Source: Antedon mediterranea
Lineage: Eukaryota > Animalia > Echinodermata
Reading direction: 5' to 3'
Assembly (NCBI RefSeq): GCF_964355755.1
Contig: NC_092673.1
Coordinates: 30,439,648-30,503,647, forward strand
DNA length: 64,000 nucleotides
Shown piece by piece: positions 1 to 11,300 of the stretch. The notes under the pieces were generated by a model. It was not told where the DNA came from, did no database searches, and saw nothing but the letters and a program-made list of their open reading frames with translations. The translations under genes and the position numbers were made by a program. Every line of letters begins with the position of its first letter. Position 1 is the stretch's first letter.

Positions 1-1911
1 CAACATGCTGCTCCTAATTTTGACCAAACATTGGATGACGAACGAACCAATCAACAAATAAATAAAATGTTTGATTGATACATGAACACAAATTAATGAC
101 CTTTGGCTTTCATTTGGCGATTTAATATTGTAGATCATTTAGGCCTATAGTTGAAAATTGGTTTCTGTTTTTCTTATTTCTTAGGAATACTGGCATGTAA
201 GCTCACATCCGTCCTTAGATTATTGTTTCAGGGATGGTAAAACCATAATACAAGGAAACAATACTAGAACTATATAGAAATATAGAACAGAAAAACAAAG
301 AAAGGTGATTTGTTAAGTAGACAGTGAAAAAGTAAGCATGCAATATAAACAGCGAAGTAATATTGGCCTTTGTACATTTTTGACATCCAGGACACGAAAA
401 ACAAATCATCAAAAAAGAAGAAAATCATAAAATACCATTATTGTTTACTATGATCTCCATGTCTCTTGCTTGAGAAAAAAAACCAATGCCAATAATTAAT
501 AGGCCTAAGTTATTCTATGATATACCGTACAAGACAACCCTTCTTTTTTCGTTGGCATGTGTGGCTAAACTATAATAAGCTACACATTTGTAACAGCGGC
601 ACACTTCTTGAATGAAGGTGCGTCCAGAGTAAGTAAAATAAAAGTTAGAAAAAATAGGACTATTTACAAGGAAACTTAAACTAAATTGTGTCCTTTCATT
701 TCATTTCTCTTTTTCCATGCCCGTTTGGTGAAATTTATTTATTTTTAATTTTCTTTATTCAGTTGACAATCAACAGCGATGAAACCGCCACTAACAGGTT
801 GAATCGAATGCAACTTCAATATTTGTAGGAAGATCAAGTAAAAGTGAATCAAGAACATACATTAATTTTTGGTCTATTGTTCCATTATTAAATTGGATAT
901 AGATACTCGAATAAACTTGCTAACAAAACGTCACCATCAAACGTCATTGTATGGTTTCTTCATTATTTTGTGGAGAAGTTTGGTATAATATTTGGCTAAA
1001 GTAGATTGTGTATTTTCTGTAACAAATGTAATATGACATTTAAAAAGTACTATGCAAAAAAAAATTATGTCTATTTTAACACATTTTGAATATATACAAT
1101 AAGTTTGATTTTGATAAACACAACGAAGTTGGCCTACTGTAGTAATGTATTACTTTCTCTAAATTCAGACACGCTTCAGGGCCATTGTTTAAGAAACTGA
1201 AAATATTAAACGTTTACGGTAAACGTCATATGATTTATGGCAAATGTAAGATCCGAAGAATTACCGCATCATGTACGTTTAATTACCGTGACAGTTTTAC
1301 TCATAACCTCGGAACAGAAACTTAATTTGGAATTCCCTTCACGAGATTAACAATTTATACACATATATTGACCAAAGTTGTGTAATAAACTGGATATTTA
1401 AAGAAACAAACTAAATAAACACGTTGAAAAATACTATTCATCGCCTTACGCTGACGAACAACACTAAATTGTATATAGGAAATGACATTTCTTATTTAAA
1501 TTTTATTTATGTTTTGTTTTATTCTTATGTTTTATGTAAAAGGGTCAAAATTCTTGATGCAGGATCCTCGCCATTAATTACATACAGCAATTGTAGTTAT
1601 AATCAATGACTAAATAAATGTGAATCAATAAAATAAGGTAAAACAAGGTAAATTTGATGTACCCAAATGGACGTGATGATGTCATATAACTAACAAATTT
1701 GGTCGTTTCACAATTAAAAAAAATTAGAGTCGAGCTTTAAGCTAACTTACTTACCTAAAACATTGTTCAGTCTTTCTTACAATATTTTTATGTGAAATGA
1801 AACTTACCACCATTTGTCCACTGCTATTAATGATATTGTTGGCAGGAAAACAAATTAAGAATTTTTTAGATTTCTCGTCAAATTTATATTTTCGTGATGC
1901 TTGCATTTTTA

Positions 1912-3056
1912 AATAAATTATAATATTTCTATTCTGTTAAACAACAAAAGATACCATCTGTTTCAAGTCATATTATTATTAAGTTCCATTCCTTACGTTT
2001 TTTAGATCTAATTTAAGGTCACAAACTACAATTAATGCAAAGATAAATACTATATGTTCCTATTTAGATAACTTTTTTCGGTTACAAATTGGAAAAATAA
2101 GTCGATTGTAATAATTTTAGCGGCCCGCTATAAATACTAACATGCATTGCGCGCGGAATATTATTTTCCTTTTTCTTCTGTAATTCACCCACTTTTTGTT
2201 CAATCGTGAGGCCAAAACAAATGGAAGAAATCTAACTTTTCAGCGAAAATACCGGGTTTCCCCCAATTTATATAAACGTATTCTGGCAAAAACAGAAAGA
2301 CAATAAATGCAGCAAAAACTTCAGGCTAAGCCTGTAGTTACCGTACGATGTTCGTACGTTACCGATGTTTACCAGCTATGCATACAAAACTAAGCCTAGC
2401 TAGGTAGTGCATTGTTTCTCTCTCTTTTTTTTAAATCATCATAATTTACCATAAAACGTATAATTTAAGACGAGGAATGACATGGTTTAATGTTTTTAAA
2501 GTAATATATTATGCATAAATTTTTACAAAAAAGTCACAAATTATGTAGGGAATGGGTCTTTAAAATGTATGCAAATTTGTGCGATCGTAATTGTTGGCGT
2601 AAAATTAGTAAACTCATCATTTGAATATTTACACATGTGCGCATACTACAACAATTCCGCATTCGGAGTATTAGATACTGGACTAAATCGTATGGTCTTA
2701 ACGAGAAAGAGAATAACATTCCTGAAAAATGTATGCCGATTGTTGACTGTTTCACTTTCTCTTTTCTCTCTTCTCAAATTTCCCTTTTCTTTTTCTGCTT
2801 TAATATTGCCTACTTGAGTTTGTATTAGTTCCTTGTGATATGTTGTTAGATCCGGCCATTGTACAGCACGTAGGCCAAGACACAGGGTGGGGCGTCAGCT
2901 AATTTTAAGATTTCAAGTAGGGCATATATTCACGCTACTAAACATTATTCCTTAAAGAGAACTTTTTAGTTAAAATAGTTCATGGCATTGCTGTCATGCA
3001 TTTGTTTTATGTTTTTAAAAATTTGAAAGCATGTGAATATTTGAAGACACACACGT
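1912..3056. repeat. Dispersed repeat, inverted copy of 40971-41860
   Basis: Reverse-complement similarity over ~800 bp; this copy has an extra ~320 bp at 1972-2288. Confidence 0.85.
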
Positions 3057-3061
3057 ATATA

Positions 3062-3962
3062 CTAGAAATATGTGGAAATATATTTTGTAAATATTAAAAT
3101 AACAAAAATATCAATGTTAAAGGATGAAAGGTATTATGTTAACAGTAAATAGTTAGTAAGTAATTAGTAAAAGGAGAGAATATGCATTTTTAAACGAAAA
3201 TATGTTTGCATAGATGAATCCAAATAAGAATAAAATGGGACAGACCCATAGGATTTATTAAACATGTGGTTAAATGATAATGTATGTATAAACAAAAGAA
3301 TATATGGAAATATATTAAAAGAAAACAAGAAAAAAAGTGGATTGGACCCACATAAGAAAAAAAGGGCTAAAGGAAAATGTGATGGGTTATAGATGCCAAA
3401 AAAGGATAATATGTGGAAATATATTTTGTAAATATTATAAAAACAAAATGTTAATGTTAAAGGATGAAAAAAATATTATGTTAACAGTAAATAGTTAGTA
3501 AGTAATTAGTATAAGAGAGAATATGCATTGTTTAAATGAAAATATGTTTGCATAGATAAATCCAAAGAAGAATAAAATGGGACAAATTCACAGGATTTAT
3601 TTAACATAAAATGTATTATAATTGTATGAAATAAATATGCATGAAGATGAAAAAAACAAAAACGACTATGTAAGAAAAAAATATGCTTTTTAATGAAAAT
3701 GTGTATAAATAATAATAATAATATGTATAAAAAGAGGAAACTATGAAGAGAAAAGATAAAAACAAAAATCAATGTGATAATATGTAAACAAAATAATGAA
3801 CAAAACTCTTTAAAAAAGATGTATGTAAACAGATGATGAAAACAAACATTGTTAATATAATAATATGTATAGTGTATTGAAATGAAAATATATGTAAAGA
3901 GAACATACAGTACCGTATGTATGGAAATAAAAGTGGGATGAACCCACATAAGATAAAAAAAA
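3062..3962 (+). repeat. A-rich stacked retroposon-like 3' tails with a ~190-bp duplication
   Basis: 3065-3265 resembles 3408-3605. The terminal motif aaagtgg(g)at.(g)a.cccacataag + A-run occurs at ~3335, ~3930 and ~55648. Confidence 0.55.
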
Positions 3963-4183
3963 TCTTAATGAGGAGAAACTTTAATGAGCCCGTCCACCCG
4001 TACAACAACAACAACAAAAGATTATTAATAGATTTGATGTTATTTCTTTACGCGACATCAATTTTTCACATTTTAGACATTCCTTACAGTTGTTACCCTC
4101 AATACTCAATATTATTATTAGTATTGTCCAGATTCATTATCAAAATGTTTATGATATCATATTAATAACATTATTAACTTAAC

Positions 4184-4241
4184 CGGCGTTCACAACGTGA
4201 AATATCGCAAGGAACTCAAGTAAAACTAGCGGTTTAAGCAT
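4184..4241 (-). pseudogene. Exon-1 (signal peptide) copy of a third C3-like paralog; remnant, or a gene running off the left edge
   Basis: MLKPLVLLEFLAIFHVVNA aligns with gene 1 exon 1 MFKPVHLLGLLVVVHVVNG. Upstream sequence 4242-4376 aligns with 40462-40598 (catcacggtatctctactat...gtaaggagt...cggaaa.attt). The donor reads GCCG|GTTAAG rather than GG|GTAAG, and no exon-2 homolog was recognised in 1-4180. Confidence 0.65.
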
Positions 4242-5073
4242 CACGGTATCTCTACTATAGTATACTAATGAAATAAGCATAAACAGCAGCACTTGTCTTG
4301 GTCGCAACTGTAAATTTCCAGGTATGGATTTAAGTTATAACATGTGAAGGTAAGGAGTATCTTTGCGGAAACATTTGGTGGTGTATTGACGTTTAGAAAT
4401 CGAATGAGCCGGATATAAGTTGATCTATACAAACAATGATGCTTTTGTGGTCAGATGTTAAAATTCGATTGGTTATTACCCTAAAACTATACCTTAACAC
4501 CACCAGCCCCTCCCCTATTATTTTGATGTAGACTTTTGCATTTGAAGGCATAGGCCTATTGGGAAAACACATCGTAAGAGTTTTAAGAGAATGTATGATC
4601 TCCATGTCTCTTGCTTGAGAAAAAAACTATGCCAATAATTAATAGGCTTAAACTAAATTATGTACAAGATATAAAAAGTAACATTAACAAAAGTAATACA
4701 GGATTTAAAAACCAAAGAACAAATCATTTTCCTTGTTGATTTCATTTCTCCTTTTCCATGCCCGTTTGGTGAAACCTTTACAAAATCTGTCGAATGCAAC
4801 TTCAATATTTGTAGGAAGATCAAGTAAAAGTGAACCAAAAACATACATTAATTTTTGGTCTATTGTTCCATTATTAAATTGGATATAGATACTCGAATAA
4901 ACTTGCTAACAAAACGTCACCATCAAACGTCATTGTATGGTTTCTTCATTATTTTGTGGAGAAGTTTGGTATAATATTTAGCTAAAGTAGATTGTGTATT
5001 TTCTGTAACAAATGTAATATGACATTTAAAAAGTACTATGCAAAAGAAAATTATGTCTATTTTAACACATTTT

Positions 5074-5452
5074 TTTTTATCTTTTGTGGTAGCCACCACC
5101 TTTATTCATCATTCAATCTTTCATAAATAATTGTTGTATATACTCTCATTTCATATAATATATAATACATTTCCGTTTCCTCAGTAGTTTTACTTTTTTT
5201 TTTCTATTAAAACATGTTATTTTCAACATCCTACTTAACATCTAATATTAAATTAACAATGTTTGTTTTTTCTTCTGATTAGAACAATCAGTTGTATTCA
5301 TTTCGAAACCTATTCTTATATAATTTCTACAAGTACTGATTTCTTTTTTGTGTACATATAATCTATTCTAACCCTTTCCCATTCTCTTAGCATTTTTTTT
5401 ATATTTTTTTTTAGATATTTACAATCATAGTATACTATTACCGTTGCATTTG
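5074..5452 (-). mobile_element. Retroposed 3' fragment (non-LTR type) with A-tail
   Basis: 13-bp TSD TTTAACACATTTT (5061-5073, 5453-5465) with a T-run at the left end; absent from the paralogous segment at ~1075-1090. Confidence 0.7.
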
Positions 5453-5902
5453 TTTAACACATTTTGAATATATACAATAAGTTTGATTTTGATAAACACA
5501 ACGAAGTTGGCCTACTGTAGTAATGTATTACTTTCTCTAAATTCAGACACGCTTCAGGGCCATTGTTTAAGAAACTGAAAATATTAAACGTTTACGATAT
5601 TCACAAAGTAAACGTCATATGATTTATGGCAAATGTAAGATCCGAAGAATTACCGCATCATGTTTTAAATACGTTTAATTACTGTGACAGTTTTACTCAT
5701 AACCTCGGAACAGAAACTTAATTTGGAATTCCCTTCACGAGATTGACTTGCAGTCAACAATTTATACACATATATGGACCAAAGTTGTGGAAAGAATTCA
5801 TATGTACTGGCGGTAATAATCTGGATTAAAAAAAAAAACCAAAATAAACACGTTAAAAAATACTATTCATCGCTTTATGCTGACGAACAACACTAAATTG
5901 TA

Positions 5903-7201
5903 TCTATATATAAATTATGGTTAATTCTGACATAGGCGAGCACAATGCAAAAACTTCGGTACAAATCTCCGCCTTAGATACCTACCTTATCTATCCGAGA
6001 TGTACCGCGAAACGTAGATTTGATAACATTAGTGTGCACGCCGACGCTATTGTTCTATATTTATATCTTAGGAAGATATTATAAAGAGTTTTTTAACAAC
6101 ATTTATGATTTCAACATTGGATTTTCCTCTCAATTTCAATTCTTCCCGGTCAAAGTAATTTCCGGGTTTAAGATAAGTTCACCTTAGTTTCAAATATTTT
6201 CTCTCTTTTATTCACAAGGGAGCAGTTAAAATAATAGATTTGACCCTAAAGGTGACTGGAAACAGGCACTTTCCATCAATCAATACAGTGGCCCCTTGGA
6301 AGACGAAAAAAAAATTGGCCATTAATCATAGCCATTTCAGTTTTTTGTTTATTTTAAAACATACCACACTGTGTGAAGGTACAGTAGTTAAATAATAGGA
6401 ATTATACTGCAAATTAATAAAGATCAAATTAAATATACGCCATAAAGAATCAGAATATATTGTGGGGAATAGTATTATAAAATTACATTTTTCGAGTGAA
6501 ATCCCGATAGCTGAGTTTTATTGAGTAAGCTTGCAGGAATAACTGTAGGCTATCTTCCTGTGTCCCGTTAGGACCGAGATGTCTGCCCATGTTGCAAGCC
6601 GTAATGTCTTCTTTCTTGGGCCCACTCTGTCATGGCAGTTAGTTTCAAAAGATGATTAAATTAAATAATGTATTAATAATTATTAGGATGGTATTCATTT
6701 GAATAAACGCCTCTCCAATAAAACATCACTTTGAATAATAACCCCCCCCCCCCCAACCCAACTATCTAATAAACGTCCATCCACATATTTATAATAACAC
6801 AATTATACTGTTTGTAGTAGAATTCACCGCACTGTTATCTGCAATTTACCAAGCATTTGTTATTCTTTTTTACCACTTTTCATATCTATGAGAGGATTTC
6901 ATTTGATTATAAATGTTACCATATTATTAGAACTAAAAAATTTAACATATATCCCTCGAATAAGCACCTCCCTCAAATGACCTCCGCCTCCCCAAAGGGC
7001 CCTACCAAACAATAAAAACTATACTTTAAAATGTTATTAATCATCTAAAACACTGTGAAACAAAGTAGTTTAGTTTTACAAATGTCAAGCATTTTCAATA
7101 ATGGTAACCGACAGAAAATGTATAAGGAGAACATTATCATTCCGAGAACCATCGTCTACACTTCCTAGAGGGGGAGCGAGCGAAGCGAGCTCACCCTCTA
7201 G
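5903..7201 (+). mobile_element. Non-autonomous Helitron (family B)
   Basis: A|TCTATATATAAATT...CTAGAGGGGGAGCGAGCGAAGCGAGCTCACCCTCTAG|T. The empty site aaattgta|tataggaaat is present in the duplicated segment at ~1473. Confidence 0.9.
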
Positions 7202-8320
7202 TATAGGAAATTACCTTTCTCATTTTAATTTTATTTATGTTGTGTTTTATTTTTATATTTTATGTAAAAGAAGAAACAATTCTTGATGCAGGAATTGTAG
7301 TTTTAACCAATGGCTAAATAAATGTGAATCAAAAAAATAAGGTAAAACGAGGTAAATGTGATGTACCCGAATGGACGCGATGATGTCATATCACTACCAC
7401 ATTTGGGCGTATCACAATTAAAAAAAAACCGTCTGGCTTTAAGCTAACTTACCTAAAACATTGTTCAGTCTTTCTTACAATATTTTTTTATGTGAAATGA
7501 AACTTACCACCATTTGACCACTTTTAACATTAATGTTGGCAGAAAAATAAATCAAGAATTGTTTAGATTTCTCGTCAAATTTATATTTTTGTGATGCTCG
7601 CATTTTTAAGAAACGTATTTCTCTGTTGTAAACAGACAATCCGAAAAAAGCAGACAGTTTTGCCTTTTACGTACGAGGTTTTGAACGGTAAAATATATTC
7701 GAGATTTGATATTAACATCCGAGTAAATTTCTAAACATTTCTTCCAAAAATATGACAAAACCGAGTTCTTTTTTCTTTAGCGACGATAAATAAGTACAAA
7801 CTCTTTGTATTGTAAATGTAATAGCTTAAACTTTATTAACAAAAGCTTAATCCCCTCCCATCACTTGATGTGGTTTAAGTAGTTTAATGTGTAACTGAAT
7901 AAAGTCATATGCTAATTTATAAGATATTATATAAAAGCCATTGTTTACAAGTAATGATTAGTAAACTTAAAATGTTAATATGAAGCCTATACATGCTTCA
8001 GTTCTGATAGACAGGCTATTCGCCGACCGGTCATTTTGCTGGCCAGCTATTTTGCCGACAAGCCATTACGCCGACAAGATATTCTGCCGACAAGACATTT
8101 TGTCATCAACCATTTAGCCGACATAACTGGCATATTAGGGTACATACATCTAGGAATACACAAACTAAATTATTCTCACAAGGAACGCCTCTGACAAAGC
8201 TCAAATGTAATTTTATTATTGGAAAATTAATGAAATAGAAAAATGTAAAAATAAAGAAAGAAAGCATGCAATAATTAATTAATACAAGTTGTTATTTTCA
8301 GTGAGTTCAAAGTTGTTTGA

Positions 8321-11300
8321 TTACACAGAGCATCCGTTTCCCACCAGTTTGTCCTTGAATCTTTTTAATTCCTTGGCTCTTTTTTTATTTGAATTTCTAG
8401 TTGGCCACTCTTCAATATAACTAGTACTATCAAGCAGGTACTTAAATCTGTAAAAAGGGAACCATTAAACGTTAACTAGTGAAATTAAGTCAGAAAAAAG
8501 GTAGTTTTTTTCTAAAATTAAGCCTACAGAAGTACGGTTGTTTATTGTCTCCAAAAACATGAAAAATAAAGATGAATAAAATCAGACTTTGAAATATTAT
8601 TTTGTAGTTTTAATAAAGTTAATCACTTCCATAGAAAAGAAAATGGAAAAACAGTTTAATAAGAAAAACAATTGATAATATTTCACTTGTAAAATGACAA
8701 AATAAATGGTTAAATTAAACCAAAAACCCATTGGCTGGCAGACAATTTGACTATATTTTGCTTTAAATTACAGGTTTTTAGGTAAATACATTTTCGTTTC
8801 GAATCAATTTTTGGCCCAAAAGTGGACTATTAGGTGAACAAAAAGGGAACAATACATCTTTAATTACTTTTTTATTAGGCCACTTTAAACCATAGATTAT
8901 TGACATAGCAAGAGGGCCGGAAACATAACGATCATTTGGTTTCCGAGAAGTTGGCGTTGTTGAGAAAGCTATCACAACACCAATTCACATGCTTGTACAA
9001 TCTGTTGCTTTTTGCATTTAGTACAAAAAACATACAGTATATGTAGGCCTACATATAAATCCAAAAGCAAATTACTAAAAAAATGACAATGATGTGGGTA
9101 TCAGTGGCTGGATCTCGACAGAGATACAAAATAAAATAAGCAAAAAGCTAAATCAAAACGATAGTAAGTAAAACAGCCAGAACAATATACCGGAGTAGTT
9201 ATTTTAATGCTTTGAGCGTGTTCCGATATAAGAATAAGAATACTTACACAAATACATTGCTTCCTTCGGGTTTGTATCTAATCCCATCTTTGCCCATGAT
9301 TAAGTATTTTTGACCAATTTTCCAGCCCTTGCAATCTACACAAGATGATTTCATAACAAAGAGTCGCACAGCAGGAACATTAGATATTTCATCAGTACCT
9401 ATTATAAATTGAAGAGTTTGTTTTTTAAAGAAAGAGCAAACTATACAGCTGTATGATTATTTTCCAATTTGTTAATTAGGCAAAAACTGTAAAAACATTC
9501 TTTTACAAAGATAAAAACTGTACTTAGGTACCCCTAGATGCAACTAAATGTCATTCCTTCTAAATAATTTGTAAATTGATGTGTATTGATATAAAAACAA
9601 GTTTAGCTTTCAAATAAAATAAGAAGATTTTGATTATGCGACGACCCAGGCTATATGCATTTCGTAATTTTTCCTAGACATTCGATTTTTGTTCGGGATA
9701 TTTTTTTGGTGAATCCTAATATAAAGCCGGTTTTCCATTAGGCAAATTTCGTCATCGTCAGCTCATACGCATGCGTATTCATAGTTCCTTTAATTTTTGC
9801 TTCAGCGAAATTAGTATCTCAAAATAATATATATAAACACCATAAGCATAGAAATTAATTCTAAACCGCCCGGTGCTATACCAAAATTAATTAATTTGAA
9901 ACGATAAGATGAAGAAATCTGAGAATGCGCCCCAACCGAGATTCGAACCGTTAGACTACTGCGGATTTCATGGTAATGTTAACGAGTTGCTTTCCAATCG
10001 GGTTTGAACTATACCGCTCCAGTGGTCTAATGGTTAGGACATCTGTATATCAAGCAAAAGGTCCGGGTTCGAATCTCGGTTGGGGCGACTTTTTCTCATT
10101 CTCATAGATTTCCTCATCTTATCGTTTCAAATAAAATTAATATACTGTATATCTATATATAAATTTACGTAAGGGCAAAATTCGGTAAATCGCGCCTTAC
10201 TTCTAGAATTTTTACTCGATGGTATATAAAGTTGGTTCGTACTTTCGGTACTGATTTTAACCACCTGATGTAACCCTGTTTACTAATTAAATTAAGTTAG
10301 ATAATTAGTTATTGACGATTAAAACGAATTTAGGTTCAATGATTTGCCCCAAATAGGGGTGTTTTCCGATCGTGGTATACACTGTCTAATGGATGTCCAT
10401 CTTGAAAAATACCCGCCACAAAAATGCGAGGAGGCTTCGCATTTTCCTATCTCCTCCTACGATAATTGTTTTTAATAGCTGAAAACCGGTTGAACAGTTT
10501 GAGTACAGCATCATAATGTTGAAGACAGGCCGATTTTCTTTAAAAAATACTATTTTGATACATTTAATATACGTTTTTACAAATGTATTGATTTGTGATG
10601 AATGGAACATTCCAAATTATTTGGTTTAACCATACAGGTATAGATTTAGATTTATGGGCCCCCTTGGAGAATAAACATAAATAGTATTGCAATGCTGTAC
10701 AATACTGTTAAGGTATTAACCACTTTTGATCGCAATTTGAATCGCAAATTTCTTACTGTGAGTGTTGGTACTGTTAGATGTAATATAAAAATATATACAA
10801 ATAAACTTTATTACTGTGAGTGTGGGTAGGCCCTACTGTTAGATTATAAACATATAATATACAAATAAACATTCCAAATTATTTGGTTTAACCATAGAGG
10901 TATAGATTTAGATTTATGGGCCCCCTTGGAGAATAAACATAAATAGTATTGCAATGCTGTACAATACTGTTAAGGTATTAACCACTTTTGATCGCAATTT
11001 GAATCGCAAATTTCTTACTGTGAGTGTTGGTACTGTTAGATGTAATATAAAAATATATACAAATAAACGTTATTACTGTGAGTGTGGGTAGGTTCTACTG
11101 TTAGATTATAAACATATAATATACAAATAAATAAACGTTATTACTGACAGTTGCTTCTCAACGTTTGTATTAATTAATAATTTAAAAATATATAAACGTC
11201 GTAGTGGTGTATCGTTACATGTACTTTACTATTTCAATCGACTATGACAGTGAGAGTTTTAACAAAGTACCGTATTAAATCCTAAATGTTTTACTGTATT

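Larger units (their letters stand above)
449..7607 (+). repeat. Local direct segmental duplication (~449-1910 vs ~4594-7607)
   Basis: Long near-identical blocks (e.g. 800-1085 vs 4788-5072; 1081-1470 vs 5460-5900; 1475-1908 vs 7202-7607). The second copy is expanded by the Helitron and retroposon insertions. Confidence 0.9.

Noticed and set aside
3506-4165. Overlapping 82-147 aa ORFs
   Set aside because: Low-complexity F/I/Y/L translations of A-rich repeat tails, with no motif.
10386-10610. Identical 74-aa ORF here and at 29605-29829
   Set aside because: The identity is explained by the two recent Helitron copies; no RepHel or other motifs.
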